A stretch of DNA of 63,122 bases, counting the filler, from Dirinaria sp. TL-2023a (taxonomy: Eukaryota): NCBI GenBank assembly GCA_051941275.1. It is 8 parts of 8 records of this genome, joined end to end, with 100 filler letters (N's around TTAATTAATTAA, not from the genome) between each part and the next. Parts side by side here need not be neighbours in the genome. Positions count along the whole stretch, not along the records: positions 15,884 to 23,690 come from JAVEBF010001267.1; positions 23,791 to 31,593 come from JAVEBF010001268.1; positions 31,694 to 39,495 come from JAVEBF010001269.1; 5 more parts are not named here. One strand, written 5' to 3'. The translations under genes and the position numbers were made by a program. The notes under the pieces were generated by a model that worked only from the letters and a program-made list of their open reading frames with translations, was not told where the DNA came from and searched no databases. Of the stretch, positions 19,066 through 33,137 are shown in pieces. Positions within the stretch are counted from its first letter, which is position 1; each line of letters starts with the position of its first letter.

Positions 19066-20124
19066 GCCTTCGATAGCCGACTCAATCTATCCTAAGTCGG
19101 CCCTCGTTACTGACCCACGGCGCGGAGAAGAACCTCAAAGCTAAAATTTTCGACGTTCTTTCTGGTTGAACAGTCTCCGGACATTTGTGCTTCTGGATCT
19201 AATGTCCCCGCCTGCCAAACTCCGGGGAAAAGCCCATGTGCCGTCCAACTCGGTGTCAAAGCCGATCGATCTCGTATGGTGCGCTTAAACGTTCACAGAC
19301 CAGGCACACGTAGTAGACCACGTGCGATTCTATTCTTGCTTCTGTTCAAGCCAGGCAATGCTGTGTTTGCATTCAAGAGCAATCCCTAAGTCGACTTGCC
19401 CAGATCTGGGTTTGTTGATGCGATTTGTGGAAATACCAGCGCAATTCCCGGCTCAAAAAATGAATTTTTCATGCGTAAATTTCGTCTTCAAGAAAAACGA
19501 TGAAAACTTTTCCAATCGATGGTGGGGGGTTTAATGCCACCATTACACGCCTTTCAATCCAGTCATGATGAAATACCAGCGCCACAGCAAACTGAACAAG
19601 CTCGCTGAGAGCTTTGACTACGACCTTTTCTAGCGCCCTCTGTTGGGTCTAGAAACTCAACATCCAGCGTGGCGACGAGGCACCGCATTCTTGACTGATA
19701 GTCCCCATTAAGCTTTTTGCTGACGTACATGTGCCCGAAGAGAAAGCTTTCGTTTATTTCTCGGCTTTGTCGGCTGAATTGCCATGAATTCCTGCTGAGA
19801 CAGACACACAAAAGAGTCCAACTTGCAAGGGATTCGGCAGAGAAGACATTGTGGTAATCCATGATGGCAACAAAGTGTGTATGGAAGAATAGGAGCAATG
19901 CGGACTTGCTCGTGGCCGTGACCTTAGCACACGTTACCGGGCTATTCAAGCCCCAATGTTAGTATCATTATTCGAAAGAGCCTTTTGTCCGCCAGAACTA
20001 TGATCTGAGGTAATCGGCGGACGGCATTTTGAGGAATGGTGTTACTAAATGCCGGGACAAGGGATAGACAATGCTATGAAGATAGCTGTGGCGTAGCTAG
20101 ACTGCCTGTTTGTCAAATATTCTT

Positions 20125-21010
20125 TCAAACTGTCGGTACCCTCCTCACTCGGTTTGGTGTGGCTTGGGCTGCTAACCCTACGGTAGGCTTTATTGGTTGA
20201 ATATTATGCAGTCGCCGTTTCCTCAACTCTCTCACTCCGAAGTAGATAGCCACTGCTACGGCGAGAGCAGCGAATATCGCTCCTATAACGGACCCGATTT
20301 CCGATGCCGTATTAAGCCCATTCCCATTGGAAGACCCTTGCGTGGTCGAAGTGGCCGTGGCACTAGGGTCCGAGGATGAAGCGGAAAGCCTTGGTCGAGC
20401 CGTAGGTGCAGCAGTCAGTGGACGACTGGACGTTTTCCCTGTAGCTAAGGTTGGCACAGAGCTGATCACAGCATCTCGACCAGGAAAGCTTTCTCGGGCA
20501 GCATGCGCGGATACTGTGATGTCGCCAGCAGTCGCACATCCCCACTGGACTGTTAGGCCGCCATTGTAGTCATATTGTATGAAGGACGGAAGAGTCTTTG
20601 GACTGAAAGCATTGAAGCACAATGAGCTGGCAAATTCTCAAGACAGCACGTCGCTCCGAAGCTTACCAGCATAATTCCCCACTACCGCATCCGTGCGAGG
20701 GTCCATACCCATAATCGTATACTGTTGTAACTGGGGAATCGTATTTGTTCGAACAGTACAGCAGATCCGAATAACGTGGGAAGGTCAGCGTGCTTGCCTG
20801 CTGGCATGGGACACCGCTGTCGCATGAGATCGTGCTAGCTGTTTCGCGTATTAACACGGCACTCCGCGATGCAGGGAGACAAAGCGCACTTCCTTTAAAG
20901 CCATCGGTCCAGTACCCGCATATACTTAGGGCAGGCAGGTCCGAGGCTTTTGATATTGTTGAAATCCCGCTGGTGGTTGATGCTCCGACAAAATCACGAT
21001 TCAAGCGCAT
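20125..21010 (-). CDS. Putative single-pass membrane protein, Cys-containing ectodomain and Ser/Thr stalk; exon structure and start uncertain
   Basis: TM segment IGSVIGAIFAALAVAVAIYFGV followed by a basic RELRKRR. Adjacent Cys-containing ORF upstream. Confidence 0.5.
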
Positions 21011-23791
21011 GGCTCAAGATTCAAAATGCTCGAGCACGAGAGAATGTAAGAGCAATGATTGGAAAGAGGGAAAAAGAAAGATGCCTCTTAGAAACGTAAA
21101 TATGGGTTGACAGGGCCGAAGGCTGACGATACTAAAAAAAAAGGTCTAGACTCAGAATGCTACGCGCCGGTGGCTTTGCGACCCCAATCTTTGTGTACCC
21201 AGGAGAACAAGTCAACAGCACTGAATGATTAAGACAAGCACAATGTAGAGCGGGTAGACCCGAAGAATTATATAGATCGAGCAGTGTGCAGCTACAACCT
21301 GACTCACCTTTCGAATGCAGGCTGAGTCTTTGCTGCATCTTTTCCTTCTTGAATAAAGAGAGGGCTGAGTGGGAGTAGAAAACATTTGAGGGTATCATGC
21401 AGATAAGGTTCGCGACCGGGTACGGAGTACAGAGGACGACGCCATAAGTCCAGGCTAGCCCAGTCAAATGAAAGTCGCCCGGGGGACCACCTAATAATGC
21501 CGTAAATCGAACGGGCCAACCTACTAGGTATGTAGAGTGCAGCTGTTCTCTCCAAAGCGTATCTGTAGTACCTCGAAGACTGGCCTTGACGTACGTGACG
21601 CTGGCCAGGACTTTTGGCGTCAACCTACGTACTCAAATTCCACTTGGAAGACGTATCAGTAGATGCTTTCGAGACATCAGGATCGCCTTGCAAAACAGCT
21701 GTGGCAAGATTACGCCGATAGCGTACGGATACTCAGTACACTTTCGAGAAATTAAGTGGCTTGTGGCTGATGCGAAAGGGAAATTGCGTGGCTGGGGAGG
21801 CTAGGAGCACTGCCACCCTCTGAACGCCGGCAACTTTTCTGAATTATCCCACTACTTCTCCTTCCCATGTTCACTATCGCCCGCTCTTTGTGCTTCGAAT
21901 TACCCACCATCAGTCTGGAAAATGGGATTTGTGGAAAATATGACAGTCTTGATGACAGGAGGATTTGGCCCCCTCGCACCCTCGGAGTACATACCTACAC
22001 ATAGCCATCCCCAAAAGGTTATGGTAAGCGAAATTAGAGTAATTCTGGGTTAGACGCTCGGCTGAAAAAGCTGACCAAAGTTTATGGTTTGCAGAAATAA
22101 GTAGTAATACCCGAGCCGCCTCAAGCGAATACCAAAGATGAAGGATCAACTTCAGATAACAAGCCAATGGACCTCACGCTGCATATTTCCGGATGTTCAG
22201 CATCGAGACATTATGGGCACCGCGAGGCGAAAGCAATTCTCTAGGGTCCAGAGACGATAATACCTTGGGAAGCTCATCTAAAGTTCAGACGATGAGATCA
22301 GCAAGGAATGCGCCAAGTGGACTCAACCATTCAAAGATAGTTCTTAGCTCATCATCTCTTCCCCTATTGAAGATATTACGTTGCAAGTTCGCAAGATGTT
22401 GCGTGCGTGGTTACATTCACTCTACGGTCACTTTGTCAGCACTACCTAGACCATGGTGTAGCACCTCCATTTCAATTATCAACGGTATAAAATTACAACA
22501 CCTCCAAACTCTATCTAGCGAGATTATTCAGGTTCGTATGTCGAAGTACATTCTTTTAGAATCCTGGATATACACGATTGTGACCCGGAGAGAGTACTTT
22601 CCGCATTGAGTCAACATCGTGCAGAATGAGAACAATGATGCCAAACACACGCAACCATGCACATTTTCACGCATAACCAGCTGGTAATTCATCGAGAACG
22701 GACCTATGAAGAAGTATTTGAACCCTTGCCGGCGAGGATTTATTTGCAAAAGGAGCTGTCATGTCCATAAAACAGCATAAAAAACTACAAGTCTCTTCAC
22801 CCTATTCTTCGTGGAAGGAAATTTTCGAAGAGCGACCTTTACAAACACTGGGGAAACAGCCGAAGCGCAACACAATCATCTTCGATCAAAAGACCGAGTG
22901 TGAGATGACGTGTACGAAATAAGAAATAGTCTGACCATCGACAGACAACTTACGACTTCGTCAAATGCTCTGTGGGTTACTGCTGATGCGTCTCGTGATA
23001 GATTTCGTTTTTACTTGACGTCACGCGGCTGCAAGATCTGAAACGTATGACTCGATAGTTTTTGCAGCTTCGATCAAGCTGTGCCGCCACATCCTGCAAT
23101 CTCTATTCTTTGCCAAGCCATAAGCATAATTTCTAACTTAATCTAAGACAACCAACACCAAGGAGCATTACGCGTCAAAATGCATCAAAAGTTTAAGTCT
23201 GAATCTTTGTTCATCTCTCTGAAGCTTCAATTGGGTGTATATCATTGAAAACGGGAGTGGGAGTTTCACAATACGAATCAGCAGCCGACTCTGTTGACCT
23301 GCTCTAGCTGGACCTTGTCATTTATCAAGTCGATTCTCGCATCATGTCGGATCTCGAAGTCAGAAACCCTACAAAAAGTCAGCGTAAAGCTTTTGTAGAT
23401 CTTCCAGTCAGCTGCGCTATTGGCTATCGTTGGGGTAAACCCTCTGAAATTTAATCAAGGAATCTGCCATGACAAAGCTGAAAGCGGACCGTGTGCCCCA
23501 AACCACAAAAAGATATTAAGGCGATCATTGCAGATATTTTTGCAGGATTCAGAAAGAATAGAGTATCGATAGGTGGAAAGGCAGACACGGAATATCCGCA
23601 CTCTTCGTTTCAGAAACGCAGTATCTGGTTAAGCGAAGCGAGCAGAACGCGCGGCTTGCCATATAGAGCTATATCAGTCATGCTATGTGTNNNNNNNNNN
23701 NNNNNNNNNNNNNNNNNNNNNNNNNNNNNNNNNNTTAATTAATTAANNNNNNNNNNNNNNNNNNNNNNNNNNNNNNNNNNNNNNNNNNNNG

Positions 23792-24418
23792 GTACCAGCC
23801 TGCATCATGAACGGCAACGGCACACAGATCGTCACCGCCCCCCCGTCAACGGTAATGATGACGCATTCGAACACCAAAAACCACAACTACGAAGCCTGGT
23901 CCTGCCACTACACGCTGTCCACGGCCGCTACGGGGCCCATCACCAAGGCCGGCACCCCACCGGAGAAAGGCACCTGCACCGTGCACAAGACCTGGAAGAG
24001 CATTACCCTGGCGGGACACACGGCCGGGCCGGGCCAGGAGCGGAGCAGCAGCGTCTGGAGCAAGGATAACATCACCATGAAGCCGCTCACGGTCACGGAG
24101 AGGGAGTCAATTGGTGGTACTTTGAGCTTTAGTTCTTCGACTAGGGGAGGTGGAGGAAAGCCGGCTGCGAGCACGACTACGGATGCGGCGGCGTCGGATA
24201 CGGGCGCGCCGCCTGGTGGTGCTGTTGTGGTTCCTATCACGGATTCTTCTTCTACTTCTTCGACGACTTCGTCTTCGTCTTCGACAACAGCTACCGCTAC
24301 TAGTACTGGAGCGGCGAAACAGACCAAGAACGCCGCTGCTGCTTTGGATTGCGAGTATGCTTCGCAAGCTAAGTGGATCGCTGGAGGAGTAGGGGTTTTG
24401 ATTGGGGTTTTGGCTTGA
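23792..24418 (+). CDS. 3' part of a Ser/Thr-rich, probably GPI-anchored cell-surface protein (5' truncated)
   Basis: The frame is open from the contig edge. S/T-rich tail and hydrophobic C-terminus (KNAAAAL...WIAGGVGVLIGVLA). Confidence 0.7.
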   Translation, partial: VPACIMNGNGTQIVTAPPSTVMMTHSNTKNHNYEAWSCHYTLSTAATGPITKAGTPPEKGTCTVHKTWKSITLAGHTAGPGQERSSSVWSKDNITMKPLTVTERESIGGTLSFSSSTRGGGGKPAASTTTDAAASDTGAPPGGAVVVPITDSSSTSSTTSSSSSTTATATSTGAAKQTKNAAAALDCEYASQAKWIAGGVGVLIGVLA

Positions 24419-25347
24419 TTCTCGCCCTTGCCCTGCCCCCTCCTTTGGATTGATGTCTGCACTGCTAGAATGGATTTGATTTTGTTCTAGGGATGTGTGG
24501 AATTGTGGTTGAGGTTGTGGTGGGGGGAATTGGGGATTGAAGGTTCTGGCATGCCTTGCTTGCTTGTTGTGGAGGGGAGAGGGGCCTTTGAGTCTCATTT
24601 ATTCTCTCACGGCTCTCTCTCACAGAGATACAGAGATACAGAGATAGAAGCGGGGTTCGAGGTGCTAGGTAGGTAAGTAGGTATGGTTGTGAGATAGATA
24701 CCTACCTAGATAGTTGATTTGAATTGACTTCTTTTAAAACACTCCTCCCTCCCCCCCCCCAAACTTCGTCCCCCTTCTTTTTCCGTTCCGTTGGGGGATG
24801 CGTGGATATATATATATGTACAGCGGTAGTTGGGTTAATTGGTAAAAAGCTGCAGGTTCGTTCTTGAATTAGCGAGGTAAAGATGAGATGGGATGGGATA
24901 TGAGTAGTGTGGCAGGGTAGTGTAAGGTAGGAAGCGCGACGTCGAAAATAATCCTACAGTCAGTCACCTTTATGCATGACGTACTTCCATCGCAAGGTAG
25001 GAATGTCGAATGACTTTGTTGCATCATGTATACATAAACGAGTTTAAGAAAAAAAAAAAAAAAATTATAGAACAGATTTCAAGCTGGGTAGCTACCTAGA
25101 TAACATCGCTGGATGGAAAAGAACTCGCTTTCAGGGATATCCGCAAAAAAAAGAAAAAGAAAAAGCACCTGCCAACCTAACTAAGCAAATCAAAGCAAAA
25201 AATTCCAAAACAAGGTTAAGAAGATTTTTTCACAATCATATCCATCAAAATGGGGATTTCATCCCCAATTTCTTTCCCTTTCCGGTTCAGTATGGGGACT
25301 CCCCCCCTCGGGGGCGGGTTTTTCCCCCGGCCAGGGCCTACACCCCA

Positions 25348-27974
25348 TCAACCACCCTCCGTCCCACTCAAAAAGCTCCTCATCATATTCCTACCTTTCT
25401 GCCCACTGATGGCATCCAATTTTACCGCATGCATCACAATCTCCATTCCCGGCCCGTCACCTGTGGCGCCGATATTACCTCCAGTCCCAAGACCGCCGCT
25501 GGCACTGCCTCTTTTGCCGGTTTCTGGCTTCGGCTGGACCCTCAAGCGCCATTGCCCCCTGCGGATGATCCACTCGCCGAAATCATCCAGGCTGCCTCTT
25601 CTTCTGCGCTTTCGCGGAGGCGGCTGGCCCATGCCGAGGGGGCGCTGCGGTGCTGAAAGTGGAGTTGGCGCCTCCGCGGGCGCGGATGACGATTGGGGTG
25701 GTGGTGGGTTCTCCGGTATGGCGGGCGAATCGAGCATTTCTTGATCCTCGCTGCTGCGGGGAGAGAAGCTGTGTTGGAGTGGCTCGGAGACACATTCGTC
25801 GCCGTCTAGGATGATGTATGCGTCGCTGCCGATGTGGATCTTCACTTTATCTTCGCTGAGCGGGGTATTCCCTGGACTCGCTTCCTGCGCACCGGCACCG
25901 CCGCTGGACATCATCAGCCCCAGTGGGGCATTCACGGGCAGATTCATCTTGTTGGCGACGACTTGGAACAGCTTTGATATCCGTTGTTTGGTGAGACCGT
26001 AGAAATCCGCTCGCATGCTCCGGAAATCGACTTTAGTGGTCTCGTCGCCGATTTCGAGGATCAGTTCGTAATTATCTTCGTCCACGAAGGGCCGCGCGTA
26101 ATGGACCCATCCTGCCAATGCCGAGCGGTCAGATGGCGAAGGTTCGGAGGCGAAGGAGATACCGCTCTGGCGAACATCATCCAGGCGGATCACTATTTCG
26201 GACTTGTCGCGCTCGGCATTGAATGTGATTTCATGCATGATGAGTTTCTGCTCCAAGCCCCGCAGGTTGAAGTATCGTGCATCGCGCAATAGTTCAGCGC
26301 GATGGTTGTCGTCGCGGATTGTGAGAGGGTAGCCCCGGAGCAGGTGCAAGAGCTCGGTAAAGACTTTGGCGCTACGGTTAGGCACAGCAGGGGGCTTGAT
26401 CGGGGGAGGGCGAAGTAGGCCGGCGGGATGCAAGCCAGGAAAGACGCCGTTGGGAGTGGAGAAGAAGACGGCGAAGCCCAGCGAGAAGAAATTGGGAGTG
26501 TCGCCCACGCCGGAAAAGATATCACGTGGGATTTGGAAATTTTCCCCGCCGATTTGCACGACGGTTTCGGCTTCGAACAATTGAGTGATGAGGCGTGGTA
26601 CTATGACAATGAGGTGAATACGGACAAACGGGAATGTAGGGAAAACTTACAACCATAGAATTGGGCGTCGGCGAATAAGCGCACATAGTGAGCGCCGTCT
26701 GTCGGCTGCACGACGTAACCTGGCATCCTGCGTTCAGCCAGCGTTTAAATTTGGGTTGGGATTGGAAGCTACCTTGCAGATGCCGGCATATATCGTGGAA
26801 AGTTGCAGGGTCTCGGTCGATGTAAAGCGTTCTCACACCGCCTGTACCGTCTTCGTTCTGGCGTATCTGCTCTTCGAAAAACTTCGAGAAGTAAGAGGGT
26901 GCTCTAGACATCTCAGCACTGCACCAAACGACGCAAGTATCAGAGGAATCACTGACAGTCAGACATGATTGACGCGCCGGACAATCTGAAAAGCTCCGAG
27001 CCAATTTGTATCGGAAAGCCTTTGCCTAGAGGGAGTGCAGATTGGTCGCTCGGACCAGCTTCAGGATGCGGTACTCTTAGAACGCCTGGAACCCTTCCCG
27101 CCCCCATGTTTTCCAACAAGTTTGACTCAGCGACTCGCAACTTCTCTTCTGCTTTAGACGAAGAATCTAGCTCGTTGGTCGCCTGAGAGCGAGCGGACGA
27201 GGCGGATACCTGGGATCCTACACGAGTAAACGCCGCCATGTGTATTCTTCGCGCTTCCTCCTCTTCGTTTGGCTGGAAGGGAGTGCGACCCTCGATCTGC
27301 CTCGCAAGCGGAGACCTCGCAGCATTCCTCCTCTTACGCGTTGGTGCAGCTTGAGCAGGCTCCGGGGATCGTGCTTGCGTGGTGGATATTTTAGGGGACT
27401 CGGCGACGGTACGTCGTCGGGTGGATGTGGGACTGGTGGATGCCGGTGTTTTTGACGTCTCCCTGGACGCCGGTGGAGAGATGCCAGCGCCTTGGCGGGC
27501 AAAGTCTCGTCGCGAGACGTGACCGGCTTGGTTGTTAATATTTGGGCTCTGTCCCCAAGCCCCACCCGCAACACGAGTCGAGCTAACCGGTGAGGCCGAC
27601 GCGGGGTCGTGAAGCTGTCTGGGCGCATCAGCGCTTGTCAACAGTGGCTGCAACGATGGGTCATTGATTGCCGCGGGCGCTGACAGATCAGGCCAGCCGT
27701 ATAAGTTGCCGTGGAAGTCATCGTCGAGGTTCAGCGTCTGGTTCTGGCCCTGATGATAGGAATAATTGCTGGCCGGGCCGACTTCCGGCTCAGCACTAAA
27801 GGACGAAGGTCCGTGTGGGTGGTCAACTGACTGATTATTGTTGTTCCCACTCGTCACGTATTGGAAGTCGAAGTAATTTGTCGACGATGTTGGGATCCAG
27901 TCGCGGTTTTGCTGGTAGAAGGTTTCATCGGTCCATTCTTGTCCCCCACCGCTATGCCCTTCTCCAGGCAGCAT
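25348..27974 (-). CDS. Tandem BTB/POZ-domain protein (yeast YLR108C/YDR132C-like), multi-exon; start uncertain
   Basis: FPIQIGSELFRLSGASIMSD-APSYFSKFF, TLYIDRDPATF, LFADAQFY, second domain VQIGGENFQIPRDIF..NFFSLGF. Confidence 0.85.
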
Positions 27975-29355
27975 CTGCCAGACCTGTCCCCCAAAAGGCC
28001 TCCCCCCGGGTCGCCGCAAGGGACCCCCAACCGCAACCGTGATCTTTGTCCTCTCACTCGATGATGATGGGGCTGCAAATGCCTAGTGCTGACTCGACCT
28101 GCATCTTGCGTTAGCGGGAACCTCCCCTCGGTTTGATCGGCTCTCCCAGTCACCAGCGGATTGTAGACCTGCCCATCTGTAAGCGCTTTTGCTCTTCTAC
28201 TATTCACCTCGTGCCTCACGCAATGTCCGAGCATGCTGGAAAAGGGCTTGAAAAAGACGAACACGAACGTGACAGCTAAGGTGATGATTGCGGCATGATT
28301 TGCTGGGCAACGGTGGGTGGAGTAGATGGCCGCGATTGGTCGTCTAGAACATTGGCTTGCATGCCCAGCTGCACGCTTTTTCTTGAGGACTCTCCTAATC
28401 TGGTCGACGACTATTTACACGTGTGAACACGCTCGTCTCATATATGTTCATGAGCTGAGAAGCCATCCTTGCGCTCACCCTCCTGCTTGCGCAAGCGACG
28501 GTAGACGACCTGGAAAAAAATGGAGCAATGCGCTGCACAGCAACTTTATCAATATAGCTCCGGCAGATTTCCCCTACCGACAAGCCCCTAGACGCTGTCC
28601 ACGACGGACTAGGGACCCATCCTGTCGACAAATCTCCGTCAAGGACCGTCAAAGCCCATCAAAGCCCATCGATCTGCGTCATCCCACGCTGAATCTCCAT
28701 TAATCCCGTTACCACCCTTGATAAGCGGTATTGATTGTCAGCACTAGACCCCAGACGCTCGCTTTTCTAGGCTTGATAGTCTATCATCAGTCATCGGGTG
28801 ATGGGACCGGCCCGTTGCCCGGCCTCAGCTAGCTCTCATTATTTACTTGCTCCCATATTGAATGGACCAGCAATGGAGAATTATTCTCCACTCCATGGCG
28901 ATGTGCAGTACCTTTTCTTTCTTGCGTCCAAAAGGCTTCTGGGGGGTTCTGATCAGGACCGGTTAAAGTTTTGACCGTTCGGAAATGAACGAGCATTAAG
29001 TCGATCGACAATTTGCCTGCCTATGGCCGAAATGTTAAACGAGAATCCTACCATTGAATAATTACATGGATGGAGAATCGCTGAGCGTGGACTGCGGGAA
29101 ACACTTGTGATTCAGAGCTTATCGCACCATACAAGCTTTCATCTCATTAACCCTGGATTATCAAGAGACATAAGCAGACCAATCGAATTCACACATGTAC
29201 ATCGGGGTAAGAGCTAGTGGCTTCAGAACCCGGTCGTTAAATAAGTAATAATCAATCAAGTTCCGTCCCCTGTCTACCTCGTCAAACGCTTTAAAGGCTC
29301 GCTTGCACAGCGTAAGTCCACAAGTCTCGTTAGCAGTCTTTCTATTACGCTACAT

Positions 29356-30400
29356 TTACAGTGTCGGGTCGTATGATCCAGTGGTGTCGATGATTTTCTG
29401 CACAGAACGCTTGAAACTATCCACGGCTTCAAGACGTTCGATATATGCCCATAGCTTGGGATGCCGTTCCTCCGATAATCCCGCTCGGCCTCTAGCAGCA
29501 TTTAGGGGGAAGCTCATAATGATGTCAGCACCTGTGAGCTCATGGCCGCAAAGGTAGCCTCCTCCATTTGGTGAAGACGCAATTTGGCTCTCCAGGAAAT
29601 CCAGTAGCCGGCCAAGTTCCGGTCTTAGAAATGCCGATTCGAAGCCGCCGACGATCATGTTCGTGACTGGTTTAATGAAAAAAGGCGATCTTTCCCTTAA
29701 AACTGATTGGTTGATTGTCAGCAATTGGCCATTCCGCTTTCTCGCCTTGACATTTTTCGCCTTAACATACATTTCATCAATAGCCCGATGACCATGAGCG
29801 GCATAAAGCTGCCTTCAGTGAAATGCATGTAGTACCGGTACCGGAGCCAGCTTTCGGTCTCGCCGCCCACTTGATTGTCCCTGCCGTCTTCGTACCTTTT
29901 CGGGACAAGATGTGGCCCAAAATGATCGATAAGGTACTCGATGATAACGCCAGACTCCGCCAGGATTATCGGTTTTTCAGTTGCCGCAGACTCAATTGAT
30001 AGCAAAGGCGACTTTCCTAACGGATGCACTTTCTTCAACTCCTCAGGCGCTTGCATGTTTTGGCGCTTGTATGTCTTGAGCTCGTAATCGAGCTTCAGCT
30101 CTTCCAATAGCCATAGAACGCGCTGAGCCCGCGATTTCTCGAGCCTAATTCAATCAGCTTCGTCTTCTGGGGAAAGGAAAGCAGCTAGTCTTTGAGAGCG
30201 TACAGGAGGCAGGGGCATGCCAGCCAAGCGATATAAGTGCATGTAAAGACCCAACTGCCCTACTATGAAGACGTTTGCGCTTGATGTGAACTTGATGAAA
30301 GCTGCTTAGAAGACAAGATTACCTACCAATACAACGTGATCTTAGCTTTCTGCTCCACCTTCATCGCTGCTTGGTCGGTAGATTTTGTTACTGGCGCCAT
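29356..30400 (-). CDS. Glutathione S-transferase, Gtt1-like, 3 exons
   Basis: KITLYW-LEKSRAQRVLWLLEEL, VHPLGKSP, LAESGVIIEYL, YLCGHELTGADIIMSFPL. Confidence 0.9.
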
Positions 30401-30780
30401 TTGTCCAATTCACTTTGCTTTGAGAAGATCTACAATACACTGCGACAGTACCACGGAAGTTGCTCACTATTTGAACTTTTCACGTTCGTCTCACCTCATT
30501 CCGCACATTTTACCCCAAGCTAAGAGGCGAGCGCATTCTCGGAAGGCTCTCCATAGGACAAATTTTACCTCGGCTCGCAAATAAATCGGACACTATTCCT
30601 GGAATAGTAACGTCTGAATTATTCCCGTTTGTGCTCGGCTAATCAGCGGCCGGAGGGTTCCTATGGAAGAAATTAGTAAGCAGGAATACCAGTCAGTGGA
30701 CTAAGATAACACCTTCTCATTGAACTGCACGGCGTTAACATCAGACTATCGTAATTATATCCTCGAGATCCTCCTTCACG

Positions 30781-31326
30781 ATGGCAGGTCACAATCATGG
30801 CGGTAAGCTCCCCCTTATTCATAATCGTGCTCGATGGCTAACTCAGAACAGCTGTCGCCATGGATCCGGCGCTCGTGAAGTATGAAAGTATGCTCCCAAT
30901 TCCCTCTCCGTTCGACTGTATTCTCTGTCTTGGAATCGTTCTCATCATCGATTGAAGCGCCTCTCTCGACCCGAATGGCCTCACGGCTCTGTATTGCAGA
31001 AGACATCGTGTGAACAGCAATGCTCTAATGACGAGACTCGAGACCATTTTCCAGTCATATACGCCGTATAGGATATCCAGCTGACGCAAAGATCCATAGA
31101 CATGACCACCAATCGCTACAAATACTTCCGCTGGACACCGCGCACGGTCTGGCTTTCCGTTGCGTATGTGGTCATTGTGCCGTCGATGGTTGGCTATTTG
31201 GGGTTCGTCACCGATGTGAGTCTTGAGATGACAATGGCGACCATTTAGTCAGTGCTGATGTCTCATGGTTAGGGGAAATACGATATGAGGGGCAAGAGGA
31301 GAGGGGATATCATTTCGGAATGGTAG
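30781..31326 (+). CDS. NADH:ubiquinone oxidoreductase B15 (NDUFB4-like) subunit, 4 small exons, absent from the ORF track
   Basis: Spliced product MAGHNHGAVAMDPALVKYENMTTNRYKYFRWTPRTVWLSVAYVVIVPSMVGYLGFVTDGKYDMRGKRRGDIISEW, with three GT-AG introns and CTRAC/CTGAT branch sites. Confidence 0.85.
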
Positions 31327-33137
31327 AATGGGATGTGAACAATAAGGGAATGGGCTACAATTCGTGTTTGACCAACAGGAAGAAGAACTTTACGGAGATA
31401 TTCAAGTGGTGAAGAAACAGATTCAGTTCCGTGCATTATATCCAACTTTTTTACTTTTGCTTTTCGGGTATCGCTGTCAGAAGACCTCAGTATGTGCCAT
31501 ATTATTACAGGATGAATTGAGTTCGCCAGTGACTAAAGACTGAATCCAGCCACATCCTCATCATCAGTACCCCCTACCCCTTCCCCTATAACCNNNNNNN
31601 NNNNNNNNNNNNNNNNNNNNNNNNNNNNNNNNNNNNNTTAATTAATTAANNNNNNNNNNNNNNNNNNNNNNNNNNNNNNNNNNNNNNNNNNNNGGGAGTT
31701 CCTGGAGGTTTGTCTACCGTCCCTATAGCCCAGAAAGCGGACTGCACGAACCGTGAAAAGGTTGAGCATTCGGGAAGAGAGCTAGGCTAATGTTGGGTTA
31801 TCGGGATGTAGGTCGAAGATTTGGAGAAGTTGGCGCCGCAGCTGATATTGGATTTCTGAGGCGTGCAATTGAACAATTCATGTCGGCAAGCACGATGGCA
31901 GCATGCTCTGGTGCTACAAATCGGTCGTAAGTACTCTTATTTGTTTCGATCTTATGTCTCGAAAGTTCTGCTTAATTGGAGCTTCCCTTATTTCATTACT
32001 CCACGACAATACAAGAGCTAAGTAGGAAGATATTTACCCATAAAACTGGAGGCAAAGTATAACCCACACCTTTAAGTTTGTCTCCTATGGTATGCGAAGA
32101 ACCCACTCCGTGTTCAGCAGTTGGCCGGATTTTCGATCACGTATCAAATGCAAAATCTTAAAAAAATCGTTGTTCTGGAGGTATCAACCCAGTTTTTACT
32201 TATATCCAAATGGCACGGGGTTCGCGACACGCTGGTCCCACATGTAGAAAGAGCTAGGTGGATCTACGAGTCTTGATAATATGATATTTGTTTGAAGTTC
32301 GCACGAGCTAAATTTGTCTAGACACCTCAAGGCGCCCGAGCCAATTCCGTACCGGAGAGATAGGTAAGCATAATCAATCGGTACGCAGTCTACGGGCAAT
32401 TCCCATGGAACTCTTGACTTGCGCGTCACCAGAGATTTGGCTCTCAAACGTCTGGAACCTTTCGCAATGATTGCATGATCGACATTTTCGATGCCAAGAG
32501 AAGCATGAAATCTGGGCAAGCTTGAGGCGCCATCTGAAACCAGGAGCTATAACGACAATTACTTTCAAACACTTGGCGCTTCCATGACCTTAATTCGTCT
32601 TTTGCCTCAATGCGACATTAGGACTGCCTGATGTCGGTGCTCGATCACCACAGCCAGCCTGTCTGCCCGTTGGATTTCACTATGAAGCTCAGACGGATCT
32701 TGACGCTGGCAAGCTTAATGCGCTGAACTGACTTCATGGTTGAGGCTTTGAGTGACTCGAAGGGCTCACCGGTGGCGAAAGATCACTCTTCGGTCTCACG
32801 AAATGTTGATAATAATAATGTCTAGTGCCTCGTTGCTTAATTTGATTATGCTGAAACTCGCTGTGTGGCAACTACAGCATACCGCGCGCTTGGGTCAACC
32901 TCTGACTAAAGAAATATCAAGACAATCATGCCATAGTCTTGGATGCCTACGTCTTCGTGACTATTCCACTGAGAACCCATATCATGGCCATGCTGCCACT
33001 TTTCTTATATCTTTGCTCTTGGCATTTCCTCCTTCTCATCTCAGTCTTTCTAGTACTTTCCTTACCACCTTCGTTCATTACACATCTAATTCCATCTGCG
33101 CCGGACGCACCTTGATATCATCTAATAGCTAGTCAGA

